Of a stretch of 64,000 nt of DNA, positions 1-12,042 are shown piece by piece. The stretch's first letter is position 1. Every line of letters begins with the position of its first letter. The DNA comes from the human T2T-CHM13v2.0 reference genome, Homo sapiens: the NCBI RefSeq assembly GCF_009914755.1, contig NC_060938.1. One strand, given 5' to 3'. The position numbers were made by a program, and so were the translations under genes. The notes beneath the pieces are model-generated. The model did no database searches. It saw nothing but the letters and a program-made list of their open reading frames with translations, and had not been told where the DNA came from.

Positions 1-339
1 CCATTCCACTCTCTCAGATCCTTGGTTTCCCCATCTCTGCACTACAGATGGTAGGAGTTGTGAGTATTAAATGAGTGTAACATGTGACCTCTCAACTTTT
101 GCAAGACCCCTTTCTTGTTTTTATCATTGTCGTTCTTGTTAATTACTTATGTAGTTACTCCACTTTCTCTCCACTCTCTTCTCCTTTTCTCCTCCCTCCA
201 TATAAGCAACTGTTCCAGTAAGTTTTGTGGAAATTACCGTTTTGATTTACATGAACAGTTGTGTGTGTGTGCCCTCTGTCCAGTGCTTCTAGCTGCTACA
301 CAGAGCTCCATGGCGTGTCTCTGCTTCATTTTCCCCATT

Positions 340-1098
340 TATGTTAGTCTGTTCTCAGACTGCTATAAAGAAATACCTGAGACTGGGTAATTCATAAATA
401 AAAGGGGTTTAATTGGTTCATGGTTCTACAGGCTGTACAGGAAGCATGGGGGCTGGGGAAGCCTCGAGAAATTTACAATCATGGTGGGAGGTAAAGGGGA
501 AGGAGGCATGTCTTCACATGGCTGGAGCGGGAGGAAGAGGAAGAGCAAGGGGAGGTGCCACACACTTTTAAACAACCAAATCTCAAGAGAACTCTATCAC
601 CAGAACAGCACAAAAGGGAGAAAACCGCCCCTGTTTTAGTCCGTTCTCACACTGTTATAAGGTCATACCCGAGACTGTGTAATTTGTAAAGGAAAGAGGT
701 TCAATTGACTCACAGTTCCACAGGGCTGGGGAGGCCTCAGGAAACTTACAATTATGGTGGAAGGGGAAGTAAAGATGTCCTTCTTCACATGGTGGCAGGC
801 AAGAGAACCTGTGCTGGGGAACTGCCCTTTATAAAACCATCAGCTCTCGTGAGACTTATTCACTCTCATGAGAACAGCATGGGAAAACTCGCCCCCATGA
901 TTCAATTACTTCCTACCAAATCCCTCCAATGACATGTGGAGATTATGGCAGCTACAATTTAAGATGAGATTTGGGTAGGGACACAGCCAAACCATATCAG
1001 CCCTCATGATCCAGTCATCTCCCACGAGGCCCCACTTTCAACATTGCATTACAATTCAACATGAGATTTGGGTGGGGACACAAATCAAAACTATATCA
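340..1098 (-). mobile_element. MST-family MaLR solo LTR (MSTB-like), split by a THE1 insertion
   Basis: Reverse-complement MST termini (tgttagtctgttctc...ctatatca); the two halves 340-631 and 1005-1098 join in consensus order. Confidence 0.85.
632..999 (-). mobile_element. THE1 (THE1C/D-like) solo LTR nested in MST
   Basis: tgttttagtcc...agccaaaccatatca; 5-bp TSD gcccc (627-631) / gccct (1000-1004). Confidence 0.9.
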
Positions 1099-1734
1099 CT
1101 GTCATTCCCAGATGGCTACCAAATCCACAAACACCATGTCTTAGAGATTCGAAGATGCACATTGTTGATTATTTTAACATCTCACACTGGGTGGCTTCTT
1201 GTGCTTGCTGTCTTCAGTAGTGACAGTTGCTACTGCCTGCCCTGCACAAACATTATCAGTATTAATGTTGGAACTGGCTCAAGGGGCGACTGTACCCTGG
1301 AAGCATATCAGGAGGTGATAGTGGAGCATGCTGAAGAAATGCTTCATGATCACACTCTTGAAGGCAGTGCTGTGTGGGTAAAGATGGACACTGATAACTT
1401 CTGGGTCAGAAGGTGATTCAGAGAGCTGGGCTTGGGATGTGAGGGAGAGCTAAAAGACTCACTCAATTTGCTTTACTTCTATTTTTCTTTCTATATATGC
1501 CTAAGGGTGAAAAATGATTTGAAAAAAAACCCATATCAATGAGGTTAAAAGATTCAAAATAGGCATTTTTGAATTCCAATTGTATAAAAGTCTCTGACGG
1601 GAGAGGATTTTTTCATTGTTTTTCCTTTCTTAGTGTTACATAAAATACTGGTGTGTCTCACAGTGGAATGAGCCTTGGTTTGAAGGGAATACAGTGATCC
1701 TGCAGAATGACCTTCTAAGTCACCATGTAGGCCA

Positions 1735-2095
1735 CTGTGGGAATTCCTGTGGACTGTAAACCTGGAAGTGGAATTGTTTGTGGCACAGGATGTCTAGTTT
1801 GGCTAAGTCGTGCCATGTCATATCTTCACCAGCACTTGGCACAACTCATCTTTCTAATTTTTGTGAGTCTAATATGTGTACAGTGATCTTTGTTTTAAAT
1901 AGCATTTCTCTAATTGCTAATACTTTTGAGTGTCTCTTCATGTACTTGCTGGTTCTTTTGTTTTCTTCCTCTGTAAGTTGCCTGTTCTTTTCTTTTGCCC
2001 ATTTTCCCATTAGGCCTGCTTTTTCTTATCTATTTGCAGGAGTTTCTTGCACATTCTAGATGTAATCCATTGCTGGCTTAGATGTTTCAAATATG
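1735..2095 (-). mobile_element. Old L1 (L1M) fragment
   Basis: Antisense L1 3' motifs (gcatttctctaatt, tcttttgcccatttt, cattctagatgtaatcc). Confidence 0.65.
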
Positions 2096-2554
2096 TTTTT
2101 CTTTTCTATCCCCCAGAGCTCTTTGGAAACTGCCATGTGCCTTCTGGGCACTGGTTAATTACAGGTTCTCAGTGTGATGTGGATATGGGAAGATTTAGCT
2201 TTGCCAAAAGAGCACCCTGCCATGACCTGGCCCCTCAGTGTGCTGCGCCTTCCCCTAAAGCAGTTCCTGAAGGAGCTGCATTTTGAAAGAGTGCTCATGC
2301 CACTCAGGAGACCCACTTTCAGCTCTGCAGTTGCCATGCACCAGACTGGCAAGTTAAACTTTGCATTGTTGTTTAGAAACAGCTCCCTGTGTCTGTGCCC
2401 CGGGTGTCTCCATGAAGCCAGCTAGTATTTTCTGAGCACAAAGTTGCTTTTAGGCTCCAGGCTTCCACAGATGACTGGGGGAAGCTCAGATATGGCAGAG
2501 GCACTCAGACTAGCACAAAGTGTAATGTGAAAGGGGCAACAGGGAGCAGCTTGC

Positions 2555-2696
2555 CAGGTGCTGCTCAGGCACAGAGCAGGTATGGAGGGACAAGGAAGGC
2601 TTCCTGGAGGAGGCAGCATGAGACTCAGGTGCTGCCTGGGCACAGAGCAGGTATGGAGGGACAAGGAAGGCTTCCTGGAGGAGGCACCATGAGACC
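2555..2696. repeat. Tandem duplication, 2 x 71 bp
   Basis: caggtgctg...ggcacagagcaggtatggagggacaaggaaggcttcctggaggaggca..atgagac at 2555 and 2626. Confidence 0.9.
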
Positions 2697-4059
2697 AGGG
2701 CCTTGTGGATGAGAAGGATTTCTGGCCTTCCTTCCCAGACTGTAAGGTCCTGAGAGCAGTGATCAAGTTGGGGGACTCTGCTTCTCTTGAACAACAACCA
2801 CAGCTCCCATGTAGAGAGTACTTCAGAGTTGGGCAAGCACACTGACAAGGAGAGACTGCAGCTCTCACCCAAGCCTGCAGGGTGATTTCACTCTGCAGAG
2901 ATAGGCACTAGGGCTCACCTAGGATCTCTGAGGCTCTGTGACTTTTCCAAGGTTACCCACTCTAAAAATGACAGCCTGCATCTAGAGCCTGACCCCATGT
3001 GTTCCTCATGCTTGTAACCAGTCACGTGGCAGGAGCAGGGGTGATACTTGGTGCTGCTGTCCAGAGTTACAGACTCTTCTCCATCCCAGACCCCAGCACC
3101 CAAAGCTTGGGATGCCCACACAGATCTACCGTGCCCTCTTGAGCCTGTGGAATTTCATTCTCATTAGGCAGGTGAGGGTGGGAAAGAGTGGAGAAGGTCG
3201 GGCTTCTGCAAGTCTTAGGGATGGACCCAGGGAAAAGAGAGTTAATTCAATTCTCTTTTGCTTTTTCTTTCCCAAGAAGTCAAAGACACTCGAGTTTAGC
3301 ATGCCTGTTGTCTACTCACATAATATTTGTGGTAGAGAGAAACTCATTCATGTTAAGAAAAAAGAGTTATCAAAGATACACATTGATAGAAAACATATTG
3401 CTGGAAAAAAAAAGTAATGAATAACATTCCACATAATAGTGACTAAAAGCAAAATAGTCTTCGGCTGTGGTTACAAGTTGAGTTCAAATTGAAGGTGCTT
3501 TGTAATACTGATAAAACAGCTGTCCTTTCCAGGAAAAAATATTGTACTATATTTTATCAAGTGGCAAACGGAGGGGAAATGAACTAGGAAGAAAATCGCT
3601 CCGGGTGGATATTGTGGGTGGGTGATTGGCACCGCAGCCTTCCTGCCTCAGTCAATGTGCTGCTGACTTCAGAGAGGACCACAAGCATTGCAAAAAATGC
3701 AGGGCTTGATCAAAGGAGTGATTGTTATTCACAGCCAAGTGTTCTATCTCTGTCCTTGCACTTCTGTTGCACTTCTGTTGAAGGGGAAGCAGCTGTGACC
3801 TATGACGTTTGCCTCATGGGCTGTTTCCAGAACTTCCCCCCTTACTTCTCATGGAGTAGGACTTATGGGAACTGGATTGAGGATGCTAGACTGGGCCATG
3901 AGAGACTTCGGCACAGGCTGCCTCTCCTCTAGTGAATTAGGGAAACTTGGGCAGACCATGCCAACTCTGGCCTTGCCTGGTCCCTCTCACAGGCTGGCCT
4001 GGACTCCTCCACTGTGCAGGCTCTGCAGTGCTCCACTTCTGAGACTGCTTAAGCAAGGC

Positions 4060-4400
4060 TGTTGGCAAACCTTACTAGTTGCCTAGATAGCATCCCTTCC
4101 AAACTCACCTCAACCTCACCTACCTTCTACTCTAGAGGCCCAAAGACCCTAACATGCCCTTTCCCAGGCTCCCTTGAAACTAAGGGTGGTCATGTGTGCT
4201 GGGTTTGGATGATGAAAGTCATAGGAAAGCTTCTGGGAAGGATTTCCTTCTCTGATGAGGAGAGAGAGGTGGATATGGGGAGCGCCCCTTCTTGCCTCTT
4301 ACATTGGGGGCTGCAGTGTAATGTTATTCTTGGAGTCATGGCAGCCATCTTGCAACCATGGGGAGAATCATGAAAACAGGAGCAACCTCACTGAGGATGG
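4060..4400 (+). mobile_element. Old MLT1 (J/K/L-like) LTR fragment
   Basis: gcagccatcttgcaaccatg and ctgaggatgg motifs. Confidence 0.5.
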
Positions 4401-4539
4401 TGGCTTTTAGTTTTGTGGTAGACATGCTTCCTAAATGGGCCCAGATTCAAGAGCTGGAAAAGGCCGGTCTACATTTCATGGTGGGGCTGGGGCAGAGTGA
4501 ACAGGGAAGGGGGATGGAGAGGAGAGGAGATGAGGTCTA

Positions 4540-4900
4540 AGAGAACATGGGTTGTGACCCCTGGGTCACTTCGAGGACGCTGGCTTGGGTGAGATGTGTC
4601 GCTAATGGGCAGTTTTGGCATAGAACAGATCTCCAATTCCGTTTTGAAAGGATTATTCAAGCTGCTGTGACGAGAAAGGGCTGGAGGAGGAGCAGGTAGT
4701 AGCTCTAAGCCCAGTGAGGAGGCAACCGTGATTACCCAGGTGAGAGATGATGGTGACATGGACCAGGGTGATGGAGAAGAGGCCAGGGTCTAGAGATGCC
4801 AGGGCAGAGCCAGAGGGATTTGCTAATGGATTTGCTGTAAGGTAGAAAGCTTGAAGAGTTCAGGGTGAGTCCAGGGGTGGACTGGACCACTGGCAGAGTG
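4540..4900 (+). mobile_element. L2 fragment
   Basis: ccaggtgagagatgatggtgacatggaccagggt, ggatttgctaatggattt. Confidence 0.6.
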
Positions 4901-5009
4901 GTCTCTGTGGGCAGATGGGGGGAAAGGGAGAGAGCCCAGGCACTTGAGGATGTAATGAGCCGCTGAGCCTCTGACCTTCTTTCCTATGGGCAGACGCTGG
5001 CTAGCTCCT

Positions 5010-5400
5010 CACCAAGCCCCTTTCCCTTTCTCCTGGGTGTGCCGCCAGACTGTTTCCCAGTCTCTTTTTGTGGTTAGGTGCAGACCTGTGAATGGGTTCT
5101 AGACCATAAATTGTAGGTGGAGGTGATGGGCACTTCTTCCCCATCCACAGCCCCCAGCCCATCCTCTGTGCTTTTTGCCTTTCTGCATGTTTGATGTAGT
5201 TTCCATGGCGACATTGGGAGCCACATATTGAAGATAGGGGACTCACAAGATGGAAGGAGCCTGGGTCTCTCAATCACGCCTTGGAGAAGGGACACCTGCT
5301 AATCAGAACCCTGCACTGGGCTTCACATGAGTGAGAAATAAAGCTCGATTGTGTTTGGAGCTCAGTATTTAATCATCTGTGAGTTTGTTTTTGCTTGCTG
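5010..5400 (+). mobile_element. MLT1J-like LTR
   Basis: ggaaggagcctgggtc...catgagtgagaaataaagc...tgtgttt. Confidence 0.6.
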
Positions 5401-5528
5401 CTAGGGATCCTTGAATGAATACAATGTGCCTGGAGTTTACCCCAATTCTAGTCTTGTAGTTTTAGCAAGGAAAACATTTCCTTTAAGAGAAAGGCAGCTC
5501 AAGGCAGAGCTTTGGTTTATGGCAGCCC

Positions 5529-5900
5529 TGCTATGGTCTCAATGTTTGTGCCCCCCCCAAATTAATGTGAAACCTAATGCCCCACGTAATGACAACTGGA
5601 GGTGGGGCCTTTGGGAGGTGATTGGGTCATGATGGTGACTAGGCCATGAGGCCTCATGAATGGGATTAATGCCCTTATAAAAGATTTCCAAGGGAGCTTG
5701 TTTGTCTCTTCTGTCGTGTGAGGTTACAGTAGAAAGATGGCTGTCGACGAACCAGGAAGCAGGCCCTCACCAGGCACTGAATCTGCTGGCACCCTTATCC
5801 TGGACTTCCCAGCCTCCAGAAGTGTGAGAGATAAATTTCTTTTGTTTTTAAGCCACCAAGTTTATGGTATTTTGTTATAGCAAGCTGAAAACCTAAGACA
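5529..5900 (+). mobile_element. MLT1A-like solo LTR
   Basis: tgctatggtctcaatgtttgtgcccc...ttttgttatagc...ctaagaca. Confidence 0.85.
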
Positions 5901-6774
5901 GCAAGTGTGGGCTTTGGCTAGGCAGCCTGGAACAGCTGTCCCTGGTGGGCAGAGCACCTCTAGAATCAGGGAACAAGCAGCAGGTCCCCTCCCTTCAAGC
6001 CCCAGCCACCCTGGAGAGATGAGTCTTCCTTAATGTGCAGACAGATTCCTAGAATTACCTGGTAAACGTCCCTGTTAAGGCTTCAAGGGCAGTGGTTGTG
6101 GGTTTGCTTCGTGCTGGTTTAGGAGTCCTGCCCCATGGCTGGGGTGAGCCAGGAGCCATACCCATCCCTCCAGCTTCTCTGGCCACACGATCCAGCTTCT
6201 ATTCCTTTCCCAGGTCCAGCCACATCAGAAATCCTTTAGGAGCTTTCTAGGTTGGGGATGGTCAACCTCAGAAAGCTTAGATTGTCTTGGAAGGAACTGG
6301 AGGCCTGTGGTTTCCATGAGTGAGAAATAAACCTCTGTTATGCTTGGAGCCCTAAACATACACTCAACACTTCTGCCCTACTCTTCGTATACACTCCAGA
6401 GTTTGTGGCAGATTGTGCTTTGCCAAGATGGGTGGTACAGTAACTCCTGTCCCATGTGCTCTGCTGGAACCCTGCCACTTTCCATCAAGAGGTGGAAATT
6501 CCCTTCCCCTTGAATGTGGGTGGGCTTGTACATTAGTTTCCTAGGGCTCTGTAACAAATTAGCACAAACTGGGTGACAAAACAACAGAAATGTATTCTCT
6601 CACAGTTCTGGAGGCAGACATCCAAAATCAAGGTGTTGGTTGGGCCAAACTCCCTTTGAAGGCTCTAGGGGAGAGTCCTTTCTAGCCTCTTCCTAGTTCC
6701 TGGTGGCTGGCAGCCATCCCTGGCGTTCTTTGTAGCTGCATCGCTTCAATCTGTCTTCCTCTTCACATGGCCTT

Positions 6775-7213
6775 TGATATGGTTTGGCTCTGTGTCCCTG
6801 CCCAAATCCCCAGTGTTGGAAGAGGGACCAGTGGGAGGCGACTGGATCATGGAAGTGCATTTCCCACTTGGTGCCATTCTCGTGACAGTGAGTGAGGTCT
6901 TATGAGATCTGGTTGTTTTAAAAGTGTGCAGCCTGGGCCACAGAGCGAGACTCCGTCTCAAAAAAAAAAAAAAAAAAAAAAAAAAGTGTGCAGCACCTCT
7001 CCCATCTCTCTCAGTCCTGCTCCAGCCATGAGGACTCCTGCTTCTGCTTTGCCTTCTGCCAGGAACAAAAGCTCCCTGAGGCCTCCCCAGAAGCAGATGC
7101 TGCCATGCTTCCTGTACAGCCTGCAGAACCACGAGCCAGTTAAACCTCTTTTCTTTATAAATTACCCAGTCTCAGGTTTTTTTTTTATAGCAATGCAAGA
7201 ACATAGGAAGGCA
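6775..7213 (+). mobile_element. MSTB-like solo LTR
   Basis: tgatatggtttggctctgtgtccc...; perfect 5-bp TSD gcctt (6770-6774 / 7214-7218). Confidence 0.9.
6933..6981 (+). mobile_element. Extremely 5'-truncated Alu (27 bp plus polyA)
   Basis: ctgggccacagagcgagactccgtctc + A-tail; 13-bp TSD aaaagtgtgcagc (6920-6932 / 6982-6994). Confidence 0.93.
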
Positions 7214-7305
7214 GCCTTTGTTCCTGCCTCCTCTGTGATGCCTTTGTGTCGGAACCTCCCACTCCTTATTAGGACACCAGCCATATTGGATTTAGGGTCC
7301 ACCCT

Positions 7306-7684
7306 TGATATGGTTTGTCTCTGTGTCCTCACCCAAATCTCATCTCGAATGGTAATCCCTGCATGTCAGGGAAGGGGCCTGGTGGGAGGTGACTGGATCA
7401 TGGGGACGGTTTCCCTCATGCTGTTCTCGTGATAGTGAGTGAGTTCTCATGGGAGCTGATGGTTTTAAAGTGTTTGGCAGTTCCCCCATTGCTCGCACTC
7501 TCCTGCTGCCATGTAAGATGTGCCTTGCTTCCCCTTTTGCTTCCCCTTTGCCTTCTGCCATGATTGTAAGTTTCCTGAGGCTTCCCCAGCTGTGTGGAAC
7601 TGTGAGTCAATTAAACCTCTTCTGTTTATAAATTACCCAGTCTCAGGTAGCATCTTTATAGCAGTGCAAAAATGGACTAATACA
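7306..7684 (+). mobile_element. MSTA-like solo LTR
   Basis: tgatatggtttg...ggactaataca; TSD accct (7301-7305) / gccct (7685-7689). Confidence 0.9.
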
Positions 7685-8167
7685 GCCCTTCTCCAGTAAG
7701 ACCTCACCTTAACTAAGTACGTCTATAATGGTGCTGTTTCCAAATAAGGTGGCATTCTGAGGTTCTGGGTGGACATGAATTTTGGGGGCAGTACTCAGCC
7801 AAGCACGGTGTGACTGTAACCAATAGAGGAGGCGGAGGTGGTGCTGCAGCATGGCTCTGTACACCTGCCATCTTGCTCGCTGGACCCCCTGGGTCTCACA
7901 CCCTGTACTGCTGTACAAGCAGACTGACTGCCTGAGGGTCACCATACCATGAGGAAGCCCACACTAAACCACATGGAGAGACCACCTGGAGAAGCCTTGA
8001 GACTATGTGAAGAGAGAAATGCTGGGCCAGTCTCCGGGTGCTCCAGCCCCCAATGTTCCATCTCCATTCCCCCATCTGAAAAAACAATGGCATGAAAGAG
8101 ATGCTGAGCCTAAACTGCCCAGCTGAACTTTCTGGAATTCCTGACCCACAGAAACAGTGAGAGGTCA

Positions 8168-8576
8168 TGCTGTGGACTGAATTGTGTCTCCCTCCACAAC
8201 CAACCCGCTGTCCAAATTCACATATTGAAGTTCTAACCCCAGTGCCTTAGAATATGGGTGTATTTGGAAACAGGGCCTTTAAGGAGGTAATTAAGATCAA
8301 ATGAGGTCATAAGTGTGGGCCCTAATCCAACAGGATTGATTTCCTTACAAGAAGAGGAAGAGACACCAGGAGTGTGCCTGAACAGGGAAGAAACCACCAA
8401 GGACACAGCAAGAAGGCAGCCGCCTGCAGCCGAGGAAAGAGGCCTCGGGAAAAGCCAACCTGCCGGCACCTTGATTGTGGACTTTTAGCCTCCAGAACCA
8501 TGAGAAGATAAATGTCTGTTGTTTAAGCCACCCAGTTTGTGTTTTTTTGTTACGGCTGCCTTAACAAACTAATACG
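8168..8576 (+). mobile_element. MLT1B-like solo LTR
   Basis: tgctgtggactgaattgtgtc...gtttaagccacccagt...aaactaatac. Confidence 0.85.
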
Positions 8577-8959
8577 ATAATAGAATGACTGTTACTGTTT
8601 TAAGCCATTATGTTTTGGGGATATTTGCTATGCAGCAAGAATAATGGATGCATATGAACAGAGAGGGGGGTTATGAGGGGAAGCTTAGGGGCTGGGCTTC
8701 ACCTCCTTGCTCTGCCACTGACTTGCTGGGTGGCCTTGGCCTACCTGTCTCCCTTTCTCTGGGCCTTGTTGTCCCCATCTGTAAAATGGACAGATCAAAT
8801 GATTTCCAACAACCCTCATAGCTCCATGTTGTGCTAATTTTCTCTGTGAGTTTTGGGAAGAGGTTAGTTCAACAACAATAATTTCAGCCATGTTCCTGGA
8901 GACTTCTTGGGTTTGAGAGACATTTGCTGAGGTATTATTATTAATAATAATAATACCTG

Positions 8960-9180
8960 CTGTTTAAGAAGCTCGTTCTCAGTGTCAGATCCAAAGTGAT
9001 TTACATAGATTACCCCCATTAAATTAAATCTTCACAAGAACTCCACAGGGAAGGAGTTATTTTTATAGCTAAGACGCTGAGCAGAGAAAGTACAACGACT
9101 GGTTCAAGGTCACAGAGCTAGTGATGAGGAAGCCAGGATCTGAAACACAATACAATTGACTCCCAAGTCCACATCCTTTC
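8960..9180 (-). mobile_element. MIR
   Basis: aaggtcacagagctagtga...gccaggatctgaa. Confidence 0.6.
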
Positions 9181-9789
9181 CATGTGGCCCTGTAAGCCAA
9201 CACTTAGAGCAGAGGTGGGTGGGTTACACCTGTCCCACCCCAATTGAAATACTCTGCCTATGAGTGCTTGTATCAGCTCCATCCTCACTGTAAAGTACCC
9301 ACCCCCACCCCTAACTCTCTCAGGTGGTGTGGTAGATAAGGCAACAGGCAACTGTCCAGCCATCTGTGAGAGGAGCCGGAGAATAAATTGGTTCTTATGT
9401 AAGAACGGATAGGGTATGCATGTCAAGGCCAAGTGAAGGGAGATTGGATCTGCCCTTTGAGGTCCTCGGAGGATCAGACCCAGGACAGATGGCAAACTGT
9501 TGTCACTCGATATGGAATTAGGCCAAGTCGAAGTTCAGGTTGAGAGGCTGCAGTTCAAGTTTCCATTCAGCTGTCAGGCAAATAAGCCCCCTTAATGAAT
9601 GGCCTCCCCCGGCCACTGAGATCCTCTTTTCCTTTTCGAAAACAGCTTTTGTGTCTGTTGCTCCTTTCTGGTTACAATGAGACAGTCCAGTTGGGTGATT
9701 TATGGTGATCTGGCTGCCTGTTCAAAATGCTCCTTTGATCTGAGTGCCTGATGTTTGATGTAGAAGACAGTCCAGAGAGTGGAAGTGAC

Positions 9790-9975
9790 TAAGGCCTGGG
9801 CGCGAATCTTGTCTCTACAACTTTGTACCTGTGTGATCTTGGGCAAATAAATCATTTAATGTTTTCAAGCCTCAATGTCCTCATCTGTGCATTAGGGGTC
9901 AAATACTGAACCCCAAGAGGGCTTGTGATGATTAAATGGATCATGCGACTGCACCCATACGGCAAGTGCCCATTT
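9790..9975 (+). mobile_element. MIR
   Basis: ctgtgtgatcttgggcaa...gcctcaatgtcctcatctgt...gattaaatg. Confidence 0.7.
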
Positions 9976-10013
9976 AATAATTCCTTTTCCACTTACTCCT
10001 TCCCTTCAGGGAG

Positions 10014-10377
10014 TGATATGGTTTATCTCTGTCCTCACCCAAATCTAATCTTGAATTGTAGCTCCCATAATTCCCATGTGTCGTGGAAGGGACCTGGTGG
10101 GAGGTAACTGAATCATGGGGGCAGGTCTTTACCCTGCTATTCTTGGGATAGTGAATAAGTCTCACAAGGTCTTATGGTTTTATAAAGCGGAGTTCCCCTG
10201 CACATGCTCTCTTGCCTGCCACCATGTAAGACGTGACTTTGCTTCTCATTCACCTTCTGCCATGATTGTGAGGCCTCCCCAACCATGTGGAACTGTGAGT
10301 CCATTAAACCTCTATTCTTTATAAATTACGCAGTCTTAGGTATGTCTTTATTAGCAGCCTGAGAACAGACTAATACA
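10014..10377 (+). mobile_element. THE1B/C solo LTR
   Basis: tgatatggttt...gagaacagactaataca; perfect TSD gggag (10009-10013 / 10378-10382). Confidence 0.93.
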
Positions 10378-11249
10378 GGGAGTGACCTGTTATTCCTGTA
10401 TTTGCTTGCTTCTTTGACGGTTATTTATTGAATGCTTGCTGTGTGCTGGGCCCTCATCTGGATGCCATAGCTGTGGAGACACACTGGTGAATGAGACCAC
10501 CAATTCTCCCTTTCTAGTTGGGGGAGGCAGGCCATGGACAGGTGAACAAGTAAAGATAATTCCATAAATGTTAAGTGTGGTACAGAAATGTAAAAGGGGG
10601 ATGTTAGAGAGTGACTGGGTATGGGGGACCGCTTCACTGAAGCTCTTGATCTCTATGCACAGCCGTGTTTGATCCTCTGCTGTGCGGGATACTTCCACAA
10701 CAGAGCCCTTCCCAGGCCTTCCTAGAACAGCTTTCCTATTTTCACAAGAAGGGTTATTGCAGTTTCCTTAACCTCAGTCAGAAAGGCTCTTTATTCCTTT
10801 CTACACCTGTTCCAAATTTCAATTACACAAGATATCTTTAGCACAGAGTTCAACCAGATTCCTTAGGAGGAGGAAAAAAAATGGTGCTTTAAGTATTCAT
10901 AATGTGTTTGCATTATGGAATAATTATACATAATTGCTCTGCCTCGTAAATAGTATAAAACATTTACCAGTCGACAGTGGGAGCAACCGTGAACTTACAT
11001 TCTCCCACGGAGGATTCGCTGGTGGGAATAGGCCGTGACATCAGCAATCTTTTTAACTTGCCAGGTACCTTTGTCTGTTTCCATAGACAAGTACAACTAG
11101 TGGTCATTTCTTAGCCTGTGCAAATTATGCCAACTTATTGGTTTATATTTTATTCCCTCATTCTCTTTCTTACTCGCCTCTCATGAATTAAACACTCTTG
11201 AGGTGCCAGAGACTGGAGATACAGAGACTGTTATTACAGTTACCCTCTG

Positions 11250-11460
11250 CTGATGGCTCACTGTGTGATGGCACTGTCCTGGGCATTTCACCTGCATCCT
11301 CCATTTTAATTCTCACAGTCACCCTAGGGGATAGATACTATTATTTTATTCTCATTTTACAGAAGAAGGAACTGAGGCTTGTTGGGTTTTAAAAAATTGC
11401 ATAAGGCCACAGAGCTAGCAAAGAACAAAGCTGGAGATTCAAACCCAGGCAGCATGGCCA
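11250..11460 (-). mobile_element. MIR
   Basis: cattttacagaagaaggaactgaggctt...ggagattcaaacccaggcag. Confidence 0.75.
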
Positions 11461-11635
11461 AGGGCTGGCCCCCTTGCCAAGACAACCCAACAAATATCAC
11501 CCCCAATTTCTCTTTATTCCCCGTCTCCAGCTCCCCGAGCCACAAATGGTTGACTGACTTCTGGAAGGATCTGTGCCCTCTAGTCACTTAGATGTGAGAA
11601 AGAGCAGGATCAACATTTTTTGGTTGTTGTTCCAG

Positions 11636-12042
11636 TTTTATGGGTTGAATTATGTCCCCAAATACCTCAGAATGTGCCTTTATTTGGAGATTGGGTTTTT
11701 ACAGAGGAAATCATGTTAAAATGAGGTTATTAGAGGGGCCTCTAATCCAATATGGCTGGTGTCCTGGTAAAAAGGGGAAATTAGGGCATGGACACACAGA
11801 GGGAGGAGGATGTGAAGACACCAAGAGAATTCAGTCATTTATAAGCCAAGGAACACCTGAGGCTACCAGAAGCTAAGAGAGCAGAGTGGAAGATTCTTCC
11901 TCAAATTGCTCAAAAGGAACCAACACTGCCGACACCTTGATTTTAGACATCTGGGCTCCAGAACTGTGAGGCAATACATTTTGGTTGCTTAAGCTGCTCA
12001 GCATGTGGTACTGTGTGCCAGCAGCCCTGGCAGACTAATACA
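11636..12042 (+). mobile_element. MLT1C-like solo LTR
   Basis: ttatgggttgaatt...cagactaataca; perfect TSD tccag (11631-11635 / 12043-12047). Confidence 0.88.

Larger units (their letters stand above)
6529..7807 (-). mobile_element. MLT1C-like LTR, split by two MST insertions
   Basis: attagtttcctagggct...ctcacagttctggaggc; resumes at 7219-7305 and 7690-7807 (ttccaaataagg...ttctgaggttctggg). Confidence 0.8.
6404..8652 (+). mobile_element. MLT1F-like LTR, outer host of the nested cluster (pieces about 6404-6528, 7808-8167, 8577-8652)
   Basis: tgtggcagattg start; middle gaggaagccca...cccagctgaa...ttcctgacccacagaaac; end ttttaagccatt...tgctatgcagca. Confidence 0.7.

Noticed and set aside
6902-7432. 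176-aa ORF with a poly-Lys tract
   Set aside because: It spans MST LTR, Alu polyA and MLT1 pieces; chance open frame
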